From contig CADBBQ010000004.1 of assembly GCA_902793005.1 (NCBI GenBank), forward strand, positions 9,396-73,395: 64,000 nt of DNA, written 5' to 3'. This document shows, piece by piece, positions 10,357-19,386 of the stretch. The stretch comes from an uncultured Pseudomonadota bacterium (GTDB lineage Bacteria; Pseudomonadota; Alphaproteobacteria; Rs-D84). The translations under genes and the position numbers were made by a program. The stretch's first letter is position 1; every line of letters begins with the position of its first letter. Under the pieces are notes generated by a model. It made no database searches. It had not been told where the DNA came from and saw only the letters and a list, made by a program, of their open reading frames with translations.

Positions 10357-12063
10357 TTATTTCTTGCTGTTTTCAATGGCAGCGCCCAAGATGTCGCCCA
10401 AGACAGAACCAGAGTCAGCCTCGTTCGCGAATTCTTTGACCGCTTGTTTTTCCAATGTCACTTGCAAGTGACGGATGGACAATTTAACCGTGTTATCTTC
10501 GACAGATACAACCGATGCCTCGACAGTGTCGCCAACATTGTATTTGGATGTATCTTGTTCGGATTTAACACGTGACAGGTCCGTGCGACGGATAACACCG
10601 CGCGCATCGCCCGCCAATTTCACAATCAATTCGTCCGGTGTGATTTCGGAAACCGTGCCCGATACGACCGCACCTTTCTTGATTGCGATGTTATTGTTTT
10701 CCGCACTTTCAGTCAATTGTTTAATGCCCAATGTGACACGTTCTTTGTCCGGATTGATGTCCAAAATTTTCGCAGTCACTTCTTGGCCACGAACGAATTT
10801 TTTCAATTCTTCTTCGTCCAATTTGTTCCAAGACAAATCAGAGATATGAACCATACCGTCCAAATCAGGTGTCAATGCAATGAACAAACCGAATTCAGTT
10901 GTGTTCTTGATTGGACCCGTTACAACATCGCCAACATTGTGTGTTTCAGCAAATTGCTTCCACGGATTTGGTTGCAATTGTTTATAGCCCAATGAAATAC
11001 GACGTTTTTCTTGGTCAATGTCCAAAACCACAACATTAACATCTTGGCCAACGGTCAAAACCTTGCTGGGGTGGATGTTTTTGTTTGTCCATGACAATTC
11101 AGACATATGGACCAGGCCCTCGATATTATTGCCTAAATCGATAAATGCGCCGTAATCGGTGATGGATGCAACGCGGCCGGAAACGGTGTCGCCAACATTA
11201 AATGCGCGACTGGCTGTTTCCCATGGGTCGTCTTCTAATTGTTTTGCACCCAATGAAATACGATGAGATTCTGGGTCGAATTGGATAACTTTGACCTTGA
11301 TTTTATCGCCAACTTTGACCAATTCACGTGGGTGATTGACGCGTTTCCACGACAAGTCTGTCACGTGCAATAAACCATCAATTCCGCCCAAATCAACAAA
11401 GACACCGTAATCGGTAATGTTTTTGACCGTACCTTCCAGAACTGCGCCCAGGGTGATGTTTTTCATCGCCTCTTTTTGTTGGGCGGCAATTGTGTCAGAT
11501 TGAATTGCACGACGGGAAACAATCGCGTTTGTGCGCAATGCGTCCATTTTCAAAACACGGAATTTGTCGGTCAAACCAATCATAGATTTCGCATCGCGAA
11601 CAGGTTTGTGGTCAATTTGAGATGACGGCATAAATGCAAATACGCCATTGATGTCAACGGTATAACCACCGCGGACAACATCGATAATTGTACCGGTTGG
11701 GTCTGTGCCTTCGGCAACAATTTTTTCCAAATCTTTCCAGGCTTTCTCGGCACGAGCCTTGGCATAAGACAAGACGGCGGTGCCTTCGCGGGATTCGTAT
11801 CTTTCAACGAAAACGTCGATGATGTCACCAACCTTTGGCACAGATGCGCCGAATTCTTTTAATGGAACGCGGCCCTCGGATTTCAGGCCCACATCAACCA
11901 AAACGAAATCGCCACGGATGTCTTTGACCGTGCCCTTGGTTGCGAAACCTTGCAAAGTTTCTTGTGAACCATAATTTTTATCAAACATAGCAACGAAATC
12001 TTCGTTTGCCACCGGATTAAATAAACCTTTGGATAAATCTTTCATATTTTTAGAATTAAACAA
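10357..12063 (-). CDS. rpsA: 30S ribosomal protein S1
   Basis: 568 aa with six S1/OB repeats (recurrent G..V.G.V......G.FVD.. pattern). Confidence 0.95.
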   Translation of the reverse strand: MFNSKNMKDLSKGLFNPVANEDFVAMFDKNYGSQETLQGFATKGTVKDIRGDFVLVDVGLKSEGRVPLKEFGASVPKVGDIIDVFVERYESREGTAVLSYAKARAEKAWKDLEKIVAEGTDPTGTIIDVVRGGYTVDINGVFAFMPSSQIDHKPVRDAKSMIGLTDKFRVLKMDALRTNAIVSRRAIQSDTIAAQQKEAMKNITLGAVLEGTVKNITDYGVFVDLGGIDGLLHVTDLSWKRVNHPRELVKVGDKIKVKVIQFDPESHRISLGAKQLEDDPWETASRAFNVGDTVSGRVASITDYGAFIDLGNNIEGLVHMSELSWTNKNIHPSKVLTVGQDVNVVVLDIDQEKRRISLGYKQLQPNPWKQFAETHNVGDVVTGPIKNTTEFGLFIALTPDLDGMVHISDLSWNKLDEEELKKFVRGQEVTAKILDINPDKERVTLGIKQLTESAENNNIAIKKGAVVSGTVSEITPDELIVKLAGDARGVIRRTDLSRVKSEQDTSKYNVGDTVEASVVSVEDNTVKLSIRHLQVTLEKQAVKEFANEADSGSVLGDILGAAIENSKK

Positions 12064-12093
12064 AGTTTGCCATTAAAAAATCGCAGGGCGATT

Positions 12094-12128
12094 TTCCAAA
12101 GTTCAAAGTTCAAAGTTCAAAGTTCAAT
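12094..12128. repeat. Heptamer tandem repeat (CAAAGTT)n
   Basis: CCAAAGTTCAAAGTTCAAAGTTCAAAGTTCAA. The same unit (either strand) recurs at about 5700-5730, 55646-55680, 56096-56112 and 56266-56295. Confidence 0.85.
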
Positions 12129-12355
12129 TTTTGTGTGCAACTTTGTTGCACTGCATTATTTGTACTTTGCACTTTGCAAATTGCACTTTAACAAATGTGC
12201 CGGGCACATTTGTAAGGACTTGTGGGGGTCATCGGATGATTTACGCGCCCACCCGCGAAAATCGAACCCATTTTATAGTAAGATTTTGAAAAAAGCAAGA
12301 AAAACATTGAAAAATTAGCAAAATATGATTTACTGAAATTGTGAAGGAGCCCAAA

Positions 12356-13009
12356 ATGCATTATTATGATATTAAATATCCTTATTTACAGTACGAGTAT
12401 ACAGATGGAGTTATGTGCTCTGTGCCGCCGAAAATGCTGGCATCTGTTTATAAACAGCATTATGGGAAAAAGCCAAAAACTTTCTTTGATTGTGGTGCGG
12501 CAATCGGAGTTGTTGTAAAATTGGCAATGGATTATGATATGGACGCACGCGGAATTGATATACGTGATTATTTTGCAAGCTTTGCATTTCGTCACCCGCT
12601 ATTTTCTGGTCGGCCATTTGATATCGAACAAGGCGACACACGCAAGGGTGTTGCAAAAAAAGATTTATTAAGATTGCGAGAGCAGGGGCGGATTCAAATT
12701 AAATCTATTTTAGATTGTAAACCGATTAAGGCAGATTTGGTTTATTGTAATGGTGTCCTTACATATTTTGACGAAGCGACTTTGCCGTCGGTTCTGGCAA
12801 AATTCCAAAATGTAAATATGGTATGTGCAATTCATAATACAATCGAAGATTATGTGGCGGCTAAAAAAATGGGACAAGAATTAGGAACCTGTCAGGAATT
12901 AAAAACTGTTAAACCAAATGATTGGTGGATTGATACGTTTGCGCAAAATGGATTTGATGCGAAGTTTAACCATTGGCTGCGTTGTTTTGTCGCCGTACCA
13001 CAACGGTAA
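12356..13009 (+). CDS. Putative class I SAM-dependent methyltransferase
   Basis: AAGGAG RBS then ATG at 12356. Motif-I-like FFDCGAAIGVVV followed by an acidic residue (ARGIDI). Confidence 0.55.
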   Translation: MHYYDIKYPYLQYEYTDGVMCSVPPKMLASVYKQHYGKKPKTFFDCGAAIGVVVKLAMDYDMDARGIDIRDYFASFAFRHPLFSGRPFDIEQGDTRKGVAKKDLLRLREQGRIQIKSILDCKPIKADLVYCNGVLTYFDEATLPSVLAKFQNVNMVCAIHNTIEDYVAAKKMGQELGTCQELKTVKPNDWWIDTFAQNGFDAKFNHWLRCFVAVPQR

Positions 13010-13011
13010 AA

Positions 13012-13485
13012 TTATTTATCAGATTTTTTTATTTCCATCGTGTCTAATAACGTGTCCAGTTTGCGCAGGGAACTGTTTTGGCAACCGCGGCCACGCCAGG
13101 ATAAAATTTCTGTGCCGGTTTTTTGTTCTACGATGGATACATTAAAATTCCACCACCAAAATCCATTAAACATACACCAAATGGGACGGAAAATTTCACT
13201 GCGTTCACGGACGCGAACGGAATATTTTGTGCCAGATGGAATTTGATATGTTTCCAGGTCAAAATCATTTGAATCGTCGGCGGTATCATGTGTTTTTATT
13301 AATGCGCCGGTGCGGATGTTGTATCCGCGGTTTTGCATAGCAACCTTGATAGAACGTTTCATTGAATAACCGCCAACGGGAACATAAATTTTTTGTGATG
13401 TGTCCAATGAATTTGGTTTGACATAAACACTGTTGCAGGCGGCAAGTGGCAAAATTATCGATAAAATGATGATAGTGCGAAACAT
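13012..13485 (-). CDS. Lipoprotein, hypothetical
   Basis: 157 aa. Signal peptide with lipobox LPLAAC. Confidence 0.6.
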   Translation of the reverse strand: MFRTIIILSIILPLAACNSVYVKPNSLDTSQKIYVPVGGYSMKRSIKVAMQNRGYNIRTGALIKTHDTADDSNDFDLETYQIPSGTKYSVRVRERSEIFRPIWCMFNGFWWWNFNVSIVEQKTGTEILSWRGRGCQNSSLRKLDTLLDTMEIKKSDK

Positions 13486-13590
13486 TGTGTTTATTTTCCT
13501 TTTGCTTTTTACTATAAATCATAATTTTTGTATCGCAATCTAAAAATTCATTGATTTTTGCAGTGTTGTTCATATAATGTAAGTGTTTTG

Positions 13591-13667
13591 GCACCCGTGG
13601 CTCAACTGGATAAAGCACCACCCTCCGAAGGTGGGGATTGCGCGTTCGAATCGCGCCGGGTGCGCCA
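13591..13667 (+). tRNA. tRNA-Arg (anticodon CCG)
   Basis: Hand-folded cloverleaf: acceptor GCACCCG/CGGGTGC, anticodon stem CCACC/GGTGG with loop CTCCGAA, T-arm GCGCG-TTCGAAT-CGCGC, encoded CCA. Confidence 0.9.
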
Positions 13668-13698
13668 TAAAAAACACCGCATTGATTGGCGGTATTTT

Positions 13699-15096
13699 TT
13701 ATTTATCCCACTTGTCACCGATGACGCTTTCGGCGACCAACGGCACGGACAGTTTTGTTATGTTTTCCATTGTTGATTTTATTTGGGCGGCAAATGTGTC
13801 GGCCGCGGACGCGTCGCATTCAAATATGATTTCGTCGTGAACCTGGAGAATCATTTTGATTTTGTCCGCGTTCGGGCGCACGATGTCATTTGCAATTTTT
13901 ACCATTGCGTAACGCATTAGGTCAGCCTCGAACCCTTGGATTGGGGCGTTGATTGCGGCGCGGATTGCATATTGGCGTAGCCTTGAATTTTTTATTTCCG
14001 GTAATTCAATGCGGCGGCCCCACGGGGTATAAACGTATGCGTTGTCGATTGCAAACTTTTTTGTGTCATCAATGTATTTTTTAATCTCGGGCAGGCCCGC
14101 CATATATGCGTCGATGATTTTTTTTGCCTCGTCGCGCGCGACCCCCAACTGTGCCGCCAATCCAAATGATGAAATGCCGTAAATGATTGAAAAGTTTACG
14201 GTCTTGGCCGCGCGACGTTGTGATTTTGAAACCGGTGTATCTGCATCAATATTAAATATTTTTCGTGCGGTTTGTTCGTGAATGTCGGCCCCAGAATTAA
14301 ATGTGTCGCAAAATGTTTTTATGTGTGCAACATCCGCCAACAGACGCAATTGAATTTGTGAATAATCAACCGATATCAAAACGCGACCCGCGGGCGCGAC
14401 AAAGCAACGACGGATTTCGGTTCCCAATTCTGTGCGGATGGGGATGTTTTGCAGGTTTGGATCGCGGCTGGAAAGGCGGCCTGTATTTGTTGATGTTTGC
14501 ATATATGTTGTGTGGATGCGTCCGTCGGTGGCAATTTGTTTTGGCAATGCGTCCGCATATGTTCCCGCCAATTTTGATATACTGCGCCAATTCAGGATTT
14601 TTTCAATTATTGGGTGTTCTTCGGCCAGTGCGTTCAGTGCATCCGCATCGGTGGAACGTTTCTTGTTTTCGGGTAATTTCAGTTCGTCAAACAAAACCGT
14701 CCCCAGTTGTTTCGGACTGGCGATATTAAATTCGTGGCCGGCCAAATCCCAGATTTCGCGCTGTAAATTTTCCAGTTGTGCGTGAAACACCGATGATAAA
14801 TTTTGCAGGCCGCCGCGATTAACCAAAACGCCGTTGCGTTCCATATCCACCAAAATTGGCATTAATGGCCGGTCGCACATTTCGTATAAATTTTTTAATT
14901 TTTCGTTTGCGTCTAATTCAGGCCGGAATTTTTCGTATAATGCAAAACAAACAACCGCGTCTTCGCCGGCATAATCGGTTGCGGGCGCGATATCAACCGT
15001 TGCAAATCTGCGATTGGCGTCAGAAACATTTGCCGGAAACAGTGATGCAAACTTTATATTTTCGTGATGTAAATATTTTGATGCCAATTCATCCAA
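13699..15096 (-). CDS. polA: DNA polymerase I, C-terminal polymerase-domain fragment (split gene)
   Basis: 465 aa with family-A motifs (DYSQIQLRLLA, RRAAKTVNFSIIYG, QVHDE). Starts inside a 23-bp tandem duplication. Confidence 0.85.
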   Translation of the reverse strand: MDELASKYLHHENIKFASLFPANVSDANRRFATVDIAPATDYAGEDAVVCFALYEKFRPELDANEKLKNLYEMCDRPLMPILVDMERNGVLVNRGGLQNLSSVFHAQLENLQREIWDLAGHEFNIASPKQLGTVLFDELKLPENKKRSTDADALNALAEEHPIIEKILNWRSISKLAGTYADALPKQIATDGRIHTTYMQTSTNTGRLSSRDPNLQNIPIRTELGTEIRRCFVAPAGRVLISVDYSQIQLRLLADVAHIKTFCDTFNSGADIHEQTARKIFNIDADTPVSKSQRRAAKTVNFSIIYGISSFGLAAQLGVARDEAKKIIDAYMAGLPEIKKYIDDTKKFAIDNAYVYTPWGRRIELPEIKNSRLRQYAIRAAINAPIQGFEADLMRYAMVKIANDIVRPNADKIKMILQVHDEIIFECDASAADTFAAQIKSTMENITKLSVPLVAESVIGDKWDK

Positions 15097-16505
15097 ACCG
15101 TGGATGCCAATTCATCCAAACCGTGGCCGTGTAATGTGCCGTGCAAAATATAGGACAGCAACATTGTGTCATCCATATTTTTTATTCTTGTAATATCAAT
15201 GCCGGCGTTTGCCAAGATGTGCAAATCGTATTTGAAATTGTGTGCGATTTTTGTGATTTTTTCGTCTGATAAAATTGGCATTATTTTTGCAATCACATCA
15301 GATACATTTAACTGGTTCGGGGCGCGCGTGTCGGTTTCAAATAAATTCGTGCCGGGTTTGATATGATTTAATGGAATATACGCACCGTGTGTTTTATTGT
15401 ATGCCAATGATATACCAACAATTTGTGCCGTCATTGCATCAACGCCGGTTGTTTCGGTATCAATGGCGACCGTGTCTGTTATATGTGATAAAAATGTATC
15501 CAGTTTTTTTATTGTGTCGATTGTTTCAAATTGCATATTCGCCAATTCGTCAATTGGCGCGGTGGGCGTGTCGCACGGTGCATCGGGCGCCGTGGGACAA
15601 ATTGACCCGGCATATGAAAATTCAGTTTGACGGGACGGGTCATAGTTTTCAATTGGGAATAATTTTTGAATTTTGTCGGCCAAAGAATTACTTTCGATTT
15701 CATTGCGGACATATTTTAATGCGGACGGAGTATTAAATACAAACGGCGTTATTTTTAAATCCGCCAAATCAACATCTGTTTTTAATGTGACCAATTTTTT
15801 TGACATATATGCCGCGTCGCGCCCATCAATCAATAAATTTCGCACGCGTTCATTTTTTATGTCATTGATATGTTCATAAATGCCATCCAGACTGCCAAAT
15901 TCGTTTACCAATTCCGCCGCCTTTTTCGGGCCAATGCCGTGGACGCCGGGAACATTGTCGGATGTGTCGCCGATTAAACTTTGTGCGTCAATAACCTGGG
16001 AAGGCGTGACACCGAATTTTTCGAAAACGCCGCGTTCGTGAATTTCGATTTCCTTCATCGTATCGTATAAAAATACGCAAGGCGACACCAATTGCATTAA
16101 ATCTTTATCACTGGATAATATACGGGTAGGGCGATTTATATCGCAAAAATTATGACACAATGTTGCGATAACATCGTCAGCCTCGACCCCGGGAATGCAC
16201 AAAACCGGCATACCAATTGCACGCATACAATCGCGCACCATATAGGATTGCGCAATTAGATCCGCCGGCGTTTCATCGCGATTTTGTTTGTATGCGTGAT
16301 ATATTTCTTGACGGAAAGTTTGACGCGATGCGTCGAAAACACACACAAAGCAATCGTCCGGTTTTGCCGCACCCAAAATTGGCAAAATCATATTTAAAAA
16401 ACCGTAAACCGCCCCGGTGGGTTTACCGTCCGCCCGCGTCAAACGTGCGTGCACACCGTAATATGCACGAAATAACAAAGAATTTCCGTCAATTAATGTC
16501 AGCAT
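15054..16505 (-). CDS. polA: DNA polymerase I, N-terminal 5'-3' exonuclease plus 3'-5' exonuclease-like fragment (split gene)
   Basis: 483 aa. 5' nuclease motifs (LIDGNSLLFRAYY, SSDKDLMQL, GDTSDNVPGV) and exo-domain motifs (DTETTG, HNFKYD). Terminates 16 codons after the duplication junction. Confidence 0.85.
   Translation of the reverse strand: MLTLIDGNSLLFRAYYGVHARLTRADGKPTGAVYGFLNMILPILGAAKPDDCFVCVFDASRQTFRQEIYHAYKQNRDETPADLIAQSYMVRDCMRAIGMPVLCIPGVEADDVIATLCHNFCDINRPTRILSSDKDLMQLVSPCVFLYDTMKEIEIHERGVFEKFGVTPSQVIDAQSLIGDTSDNVPGVHGIGPKKAAELVNEFGSLDGIYEHINDIKNERVRNLLIDGRDAAYMSKKLVTLKTDVDLADLKITPFVFNTPSALKYVRNEIESNSLADKIQKLFPIENYDPSRQTEFSYAGSICPTAPDAPCDTPTAPIDELANMQFETIDTIKKLDTFLSHITDTVAIDTETTGVDAMTAQIVGISLAYNKTHGAYIPLNHIKPGTNLFETDTRAPNQLNVSDVIAKIMPILSDEKITKIAHNFKYDLHILANAGIDITRIKNMDDTMLLSYILHGTLHGHGLDELASTVWMNWHQNIYITKI
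15081..15126. repeat. Perfect 23-bp tandem duplication that frameshifts polA
   Basis: ATGCCAATTCATCCAAACCGTGG at 15081-15103 is repeated exactly at 15104-15126. Deleting one copy restores ...HGHGLDELASKYLHHEN... in one frame. Confidence 0.95.
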
Positions 16506-16515
16506 ACATTATCCA

Positions 16516-17064
16516 TTAAAATACATAACGCAATTTCAAACGTGCATCGTATTGCAAGAAATCAGGCTTGTCAGTACCAATTTCCATAAAGTTTGGTGCG
16601 TACAGGGCACGACCTTCGACATCAAATTTTAATGGCATAGCCAAAATATCAAATGTCAATCCCAACATACCTTGGTATGCGACGGTTGATTTGATGTCAT
16701 ATTTAATGAGGTCTGATGAATAACTGCCGCCGAATACAGAACCCACACCAACACCAACATATGGGTGAATCATTGTGGACAGCATTTTGAAATATGCGTT
16801 CAACATTGCGTCATTTGTTGAAAATTTGTCGTTTGTTAAATGGTTATATTCGGCCTCGACCCGTAAGAGTGGAATATCAATACCAAAAATACCACCAAAT
16901 GATTGGCCAGAATAATTTTTATGATGACCATCGTTATAAATTGTGGAGCCACCCGCACCAAAAGAACCACCGACATACACATCAATAACCGGATTTGCCG
17001 ATGCCGCGTCGATTGTTGCGGTTGTTAAAATGGTACCAATAAAAATTTTTGAAATTTGTTTCAT
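16516..17064 (-). CDS. Small outer-membrane beta-barrel protein
   Basis: 182 aa. Signal peptide, alternating hydrophobic pattern, C-terminal LRYVF (terminal Phe). Confidence 0.7.
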   Translation of the reverse strand: MKQISKIFIGTILTTATIDAASANPVIDVYVGGSFGAGGSTIYNDGHHKNYSGQSFGGIFGIDIPLLRVEAEYNHLTNDKFSTNDAMLNAYFKMLSTMIHPYVGVGVGSVFGGSYSSDLIKYDIKSTVAYQGMLGLTFDILAMPLKFDVEGRALYAPNFMEIGTDKPDFLQYDARLKLRYVF

Positions 17065-17104
17065 TTTTTTCTCCTTTGTATGATATTATATTAAAAAAAG
17101 GGTT

Positions 17105-17638
17105 ATGAATATGCAAGAAAATAAACCGTTATTGATTGTGGGACTGGGAAATCCTGGGGCGGAATATGCGTTAACGCGTCATAATGTTGGATTTATGGCG
17201 GTGGATGCAATTGCGGGCGCGGGGGCGACGTGGAAGGCGGAAAAAAATGCGCTGACGACACGGGCGGATGTTGCGGGGCGCGCGGCAATTTTGGCAAAAC
17301 CACAAACATTTATGAACGACAGTGGTCGTGCAGTTTTGGCGTTGATGACTTTTTATAAAATCCCATTGGAAAATTTAATTGTGATTCACGATGATATGGA
17401 TTTACCAAATGGACATTTGCGTGAAAAAATTGGCGGGTCCAGTGCCGGTCACAACGGCATAAAATCAATTGATGCGGCGGTGGGACGTGAATATCGTCGT
17501 ATCAGGGTTGGTATTGCACATCCGCGTGATTTTGAAAATCCGATGGATCCGGCGGATTGGGTGTTGGGAAAATTTTCCGCCGAACAATTGAGCGAGATTA
17601 AAACCGCAATTGAAAAGGTAAAAACAATTATTGATTGA
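17105..17638 (+). CDS. pth: Peptidyl-tRNA hydrolase
   Basis: LIVGLGNPG..Y..TRHNVGF N-terminus and GHNG(I/L)KS motif. Confidence 0.95.
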   Translation: MNMQENKPLLIVGLGNPGAEYALTRHNVGFMAVDAIAGAGATWKAEKNALTTRADVAGRAAILAKPQTFMNDSGRAVLALMTFYKIPLENLIVIHDDMDLPNGHLREKIGGSSAGHNGIKSIDAAVGREYRRIRVGIAHPRDFENPMDPADWVLGKFSAEQLSEIKTAIEKVKTIID

Positions 17639-18623
17639 TGTTTGTTGCGTTCTGCAATAATTTCATACATTTACCGTTCGCATCACAGAATTTTGTGTTT
17701 TGGGTCATATGACACGCGGATTTGGCGGTGGCGCCGGCCTCACCGGTCGTGCCGGCGGGACACGCAGTGCACGTTGTGTTTAATCCGTTTGGTTCGCCAT
17801 AATAATTTGCATTGCATTTGCAAATGGTGCCATCAAATGTGGCATTGGAATCACTGCAATCGTCGCATGAGAAAGTATGATTTGTTGTATTAATGTTTTT
17901 TTGATAATTGTTGGCACAGGTGGCGGTTAAATATGTGCGACCGGCGTATGCACAGTTGCCGTTGGCCGGACATGAAATACATTGATCGTCGTTGGGGCCG
18001 CCCATATAATATTGGGCCTCGCACTGGCAATCGGTTATACTGGTTGAACCACTGTTGTAGGTAAACGAGTGTTGTGGGCACGATTTACATATGTATTCGC
18101 CATCATTTTGTGTCAGGTATTTGTTTTGTTCGCATTGACATTGAGAAACATTTGTGGCACCGGGGGCGGTTGTCGTAGAATTTGATGGACAAGAATTACA
18201 CGCATTCCCGTTTTTATAAAATCCCGTGTTGCAACGCCATGTGCAAGAGTCAGTAAACTGGGCATTTTGTGGCAGTGTTGTTGGGTCGCAAGCCGAACAT
18301 TCGTCCGGGGTGCCGTCACCATTGGTATCAACAGGAAAATAATCATCCACGCATTCCCAATCGGAACAACTGGACGCGCCGTCTGGATGTTGTTTTGTTG
18401 GGTCAGAGATGATTGTGTTATAATTAGAATCACCCTCGCAAGATTGACATGACGTAAAATTACCGTCATTATAATAGCCAGTTTGACATTGTGCGCATTC
18501 GCCCAAGCCACTATCAAAACATCCTGTTGAGCAACCGCTTGTTGTGTTGGCAGTGGTGCATGTTGTTTCGCCATAAATTGGTGTCAAAATAAAAATAACC
18601 AAAAATGCAAATATAAATTTCAT
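17628..18623 (-). CDS. Secreted cysteine-rich repeat protein (CxxC / C..CP.G repeats, eukaryotic surface-antigen-like)
   Basis: 331 aa. Signal peptide and about 40 Cys in repeated C..C..GYY.....C..C and CTACPAGTTGEAGATAKSAC units. Confidence 0.7.
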   Translation of the reverse strand: MKFIFAFLVIFILTPIYGETTCTTANTTSGCSTGCFDSGLGECAQCQTGYYNDGNFTSCQSCEGDSNYNTIISDPTKQHPDGASSCSDWECVDDYFPVDTNGDGTPDECSACDPTTLPQNAQFTDSCTWRCNTGFYKNGNACNSCPSNSTTTAPGATNVSQCQCEQNKYLTQNDGEYICKSCPQHSFTYNSGSTSITDCQCEAQYYMGGPNDDQCISCPANGNCAYAGRTYLTATCANNYQKNINTTNHTFSCDDCSDSNATFDGTICKCNANYYGEPNGLNTTCTACPAGTTGEAGATAKSACHMTQNTKFCDANGKCMKLLQNATNINQ

Positions 18624-18724
18624 GTTTCTCTTTTCCCTGTATTTATAATAAAAAAATATAAAAATTAACGCAATAAAAAAAGACGGTTATAAAAACCGTC
18701 CTTGTTTTTTGATAAATAAATGGG

Positions 18725-19177
18725 TTATCTGCTGGTGACATTATATCTTAATGTATCTGCAAAGAAACGAACAATTTCGGGATTATTAATAATTGATTCA
18801 GCCTTTAATTGTAATTCGCCTTTGCCAAAAACTTTCTTTGGGTTTACATTGTGACGTTCGCGTAATAAATTGACAAGATTTTTTAGTCCTGTTGTAGATA
18901 TTGTGCTATATTGATTATATATCTCTGGAATCATAAATATTGTATCAACGGTTTTATCAGAATTATATTTATTAATAGTATCCATAGAAATATTTTGCCA
19001 TTGTATATTAGGGTTTGTTCCGTACACTAATTCCACATTATGTTTTTGTTGGTTGTTGTTATTGCCGTTGTCGGGTTTCACCGGGTCTTTTTCACAGCCG
19101 CCAAATGCAAATGGTAATGCAACCAAAATTGTGCCGGCCAAAACTTTTTTAATATTATAAGAAACTGTTGTTTTCAT
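18725..19177 (-). CDS. Lipoprotein, hypothetical
   Basis: 150 aa. Lipobox FAFGGC followed by an N-rich linker. Confidence 0.6.
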   Translation of the reverse strand: MKTTVSYNIKKVLAGTILVALPFAFGGCEKDPVKPDNGNNNNQQKHNVELVYGTNPNIQWQNISMDTINKYNSDKTVDTIFMIPEIYNQYSTISTTGLKNLVNLLRERHNVNPKKVFGKGELQLKAESIINNPEIVRFFADTLRYNVTSR

Positions 19178-19386
19178 CAGAATACTCCTTTGGGTTTATA
19201 TATATGGATGTTGACATAAAATTTTGGTTTTGTCAATTGTTAAGTGTTGTGAAAAATTACCCCCTCCGTCGGCGAACCTGGCCCTATGAAATTCCAAAAA
19301 ATTTTCGTGGGTGGTTCGCCGACCATCCTCCCCGAACCGTCCGTCTCGCCAATGGGCGAGCCGCGACTGGGGCGGAATTGTTCATA

